Source: an uncultured Verrucomicrobiae bacterium | GTDB lineage: Bacteria; Verrucomicrobiota; Verrucomicrobiia; Chthoniobacterales; JAFAMB01 | Direction of reading: 5' to 3' | NCBI GenBank assembly: GCA_963762565.1 | Contig: CAVXLD010000003.1 | Coordinates: 96,001 to 160,000 of the forward strand | Length of the DNA stretch: 64,000 bases | Shown: in pieces, positions 61,418 to 64,000 of the stretch | Layout of the letters: each line of letters begins with the position of its first letter | How positions within the stretch are numbered: position 1 is the stretch's first letter | The notes under the pieces: model-generated | Told to the model about the DNA's origin: nothing | The model's database searches: none | Seen by the model: the letters and a program-made list of their open reading frames with translations, nothing else | Position numbers and translations under genes: made by a program

Positions 61418-61865
61418 CGAGCGTCCGCTCGTCACGTGAGAAGTGAGAGGTGAGAAGTGGGGGGTTGCAAAATCGTTCTCATCCTCGTCGTCGTCCTTCC
61501 GCCTTCGCCGACTCCTTGGTTGTGGAGCGCGCCTCGCTTGCGAGGCCGACTTCGAGCGGTTGGCAACATAGACCGTTGGCTACGGCGGACAGGCTGTCCT
61601 CGAATACGCGTCCCAGCTTCAAACGCATTGAATTTCCCCAGGTCCATTCCCAGCGCGCCGTCCTGGGTTCGTACCGTGGGAAGAACGGATTTTTCGAGGA
61701 CGAGGACGACGACGAAGGACGAGGACGATTTCGGCCTATTACAGGCCTCAAAAGCTGCTGACATAGGGCTGTCATCGTGGCCCTCTACTGTGGCGAAGCG
61801 AGCGATTGGACGGGAATAAATAGCCCCAGTCGTTCGTATAACACCTTGAGGATCAGGAGACAGCC

Positions 61866-62252
61866 ATGATGAAAGAAGACGCAACAATACTAGTGGGCCG
61901 GCAGCGAAAGCGTGAGAATTTGAACGGCCTCTTCGTATTGTGGCTATTGATATTAGTACTCGCGTTGGTCGGCGCCATCGTAGCCGCGAGCAGCAACGCA
62001 CCAGTGATCTGGATGTTGGCGTGGCCAGCGCCGTTGATTGTGATCTTTACAGCCGCCAGGTTTATCGGTGAAGGGTTCCACACGCGAGATGGGGTCCTGG
62101 TTTTCGGACGGCCGATGACAACACATCCAAATGTTCCGCTCGCCGGCGCCGTTGATTCGGCAACGAGCCGTCATGTTGTTGAGGGACGGAAGGAATTAGA
62201 GAAACGCTGGCACGAACAAAAGCGAAAGTTTGGCCCATACCTAAGGCAATGA
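61866..62252 (+). CDS. hypothetical membrane protein
   Basis: AGGAG RBS; two TM helices. Confidence 0.55.
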   Translation: MMKEDATILVGRQRKRENLNGLFVLWLLILVLALVGAIVAASSNAPVIWMLAWPAPLIVIFTAARFIGEGFHTRDGVLVFGRPMTTHPNVPLAGAVDSATSRHVVEGRKELEKRWHEQKRKFGPYLRQ

Positions 62253-62543
62253 GCACCATGTAGAAAGATGGTTACCCGAAGAACGGATTCGGAGTGCCGC
62301 TAAAGCTTGTTTGAACCCGGATCCGGAGGCGCGCGTCCCCGCGCGCTTTTTTTTTGCGCGTGCCATCAGACGAAAGGCCTCGGTTGGTTCTCGGTTTGGA
62401 ACCTGCCGCGCTTCGGAAACGGATCGCGAGGATCCGACGTCGCCAACATCTCGAAGAAAAAGAGCCTCAAAACAGAAGGCTATGTCGGACAGGCAGCGAT
62501 CCCTCCCCTTGCAAGAGACCGCACTCCACACTAGTGGAACGTC

Positions 62544-63698
62544 GTGGTTTGTATAGATAACGCCCGGGTAATTCTCGAGGATCAGGTGCTGCAGTCAGGA
62601 TGGGTGAGCTTTGAGTCTGGTTTCATTGCAGGAATTGGGCAAAGTGCTCCCATCCAGACGGACGAGGATATCGACGCCCGGGGTCTTTTTTTGTCCCCTG
62701 GGTTCATCGATCTCCATATTCATGGTGGACGGGGGTTTGATTTTCTTGACGCAACTCCGGAGGGATTCGCTGACGCGGCCTCATTTCATCTGACTGGCGG
62801 CACCACATCGCTCTGCCCAACCGCAGCCACTGCGACCTACGAGAGGTTCGAGTCCGTGATCTCGCGGTGGCAGCAGGCCCAATCGCTAACCCGTTGCCGG
62901 CTCTTCCCGCTACACTTGGAGGGGCCGCATTTGGCTCGGGGGAAAGCGGGGGCGCAAGATCCCAGCTTGATGAGACCGCCCACTAAGGCCGACACTCAGT
63001 GGGTCCTTACCCGTGCGTCCGCGATCTCTCAGATCACGATAGCGCCGGAGTTACCAAACGCCTTAGAGTTTATTTCGGCAGCCTCTAACGCCGGCATTCG
63101 CATGAGTGCAGGCCACACCGAAGCGACTGGAGAGGAGGTTCAAAAGGCGGTTGAAGCTGGTCTCACGAAGGTGACCCATCTCTTTAATGCGATGTCGTCA
63201 GCTACAAAAAAGGGGATTTTTCGGCAGCCTGGCGTGCTGGAATATGCTTTGGCCGACGAGAGCCTGTTTTGCGAGTTGGTTGCCGATGGGTTTCACGTTC
63301 TGCCCACGCTCACGCGGATGGCGTACAACGCAAAAGGACCCGATCGAATTGCGTTGATTACCGACGCATTGGCTGGGGCAGGGCTGCCGGTTGGCTATGA
63401 ATTCCGCCTGGGCCGCCTCGACTGCAAAGTCAGTGACGGCTTCGGGATGCTGGCGGATGGATCCGCCTTGGCCGGAAGCCTGGCGCGAACCATCGATCTG
63501 GTCCGATTTATGGTGCAAGTGGTCGGTCTTCCGCTGTTCGAAGTGGTTCGGATGGCGAGCCTGACTCCCGCTCGGGTCCTGGGTAAGGAAAAGCTGTTCG
63601 GCTCTATCGCTAGAGCGAAAAACGCTGATTTAGTCCTGTTCGATGACGAGTTCAAAGTACACGGGGTCTGGGTCGGCGGGAAACGGGTGGTTGGATAG
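62544..63698 (+). CDS. nagA: N-acetylglucosamine-6-phosphate deacetylase
   Basis: PGFIDLHIHG, HLEGP, GHT, THLFNAM, ADGFHV, ITDA, LAGS. Confidence 0.93.
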   Translation: MVCIDNARVILEDQVLQSGWVSFESGFIAGIGQSAPIQTDEDIDARGLFLSPGFIDLHIHGGRGFDFLDATPEGFADAASFHLTGGTTSLCPTAATATYERFESVISRWQQAQSLTRCRLFPLHLEGPHLARGKAGAQDPSLMRPPTKADTQWVLTRASAISQITIAPELPNALEFISAASNAGIRMSAGHTEATGEEVQKAVEAGLTKVTHLFNAMSSATKKGIFRQPGVLEYALADESLFCELVADGFHVLPTLTRMAYNAKGPDRIALITDALAGAGLPVGYEFRLGRLDCKVSDGFGMLADGSALAGSLARTIDLVRFMVQVVGLPLFEVVRMASLTPARVLGKEKLFGSIARAKNADLVLFDDEFKVHGVWVGGKRVVG

Positions 63699-64000
63699 CG
63701 GTTGGCTGTCGTCCTCGTCCTTCCGCCTTCGCCGACTCCTTATTGAGGAGCGCGCCTCGCTTGCGAGGCCGACGTAGAGCGGGTGGCGATATAGAGAGTG
63801 GGCTATGGCGGACAAAGCTGTCCTCGAAAAGACGTGCCGCGTTGATCCTCCGAGCGTGTCCGCGAAGCCGCGACCTGGAGGGGAGCCGCTTTGTAAGATG
63901 GCAGGTCTAGATTGTTGGCAGCCACCGAAAGCCTTCGGGGTTAGACAGGCGGCTCCCGGGAATAACCCAGCGTACCATTTGTACCCAACGCTACCTGACC

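Overview
Bacterial chromosomal window made up mostly of accessory metabolic, stress and regulatory genes. These are separated by a high density of short palindromic or MITE-like intergenic repeats from at least 8 families. The repeat style suggests a soil Verrucomicrobiota (Chthoniobacterales-like) host, but that is inference only, since no marker gene is present. Recognisable blocks: a LysR-ycaC-amidohydrolase-aquaporin-porin cluster (4.9-12.4 kb); several TetR/SDR/AKR/azoR pairs; katG with an OxyR-type box; a CGNR zinc-finger regulator near five TAAC-N21-GTTA palindromes; a pobA/pca aromatic degradation cluster whose pcaD appears reduced to an 18-codon relic; a GH27 alpha-galactosidase; and nagA. 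The most striking item is a 690-aa divergent tubulin/FtsZ-superfamily protein (56891-58963). It shows the T1, T3, T4, T5, T6 and T7 motifs in order, lies outside any dcw cluster, and is convergent on an atypical guanylate-kinase-like gene. Decayed genes include ohrR, a histidine kinase fragment, a BKACE fragment, a duplicated ycaC 5' end and a frameshifted epoxide hydrolase. No rRNA, tRNA, CRISPR array or intact transposase was seen. All family assignments come from motif recognition by eye; no database searches were run.
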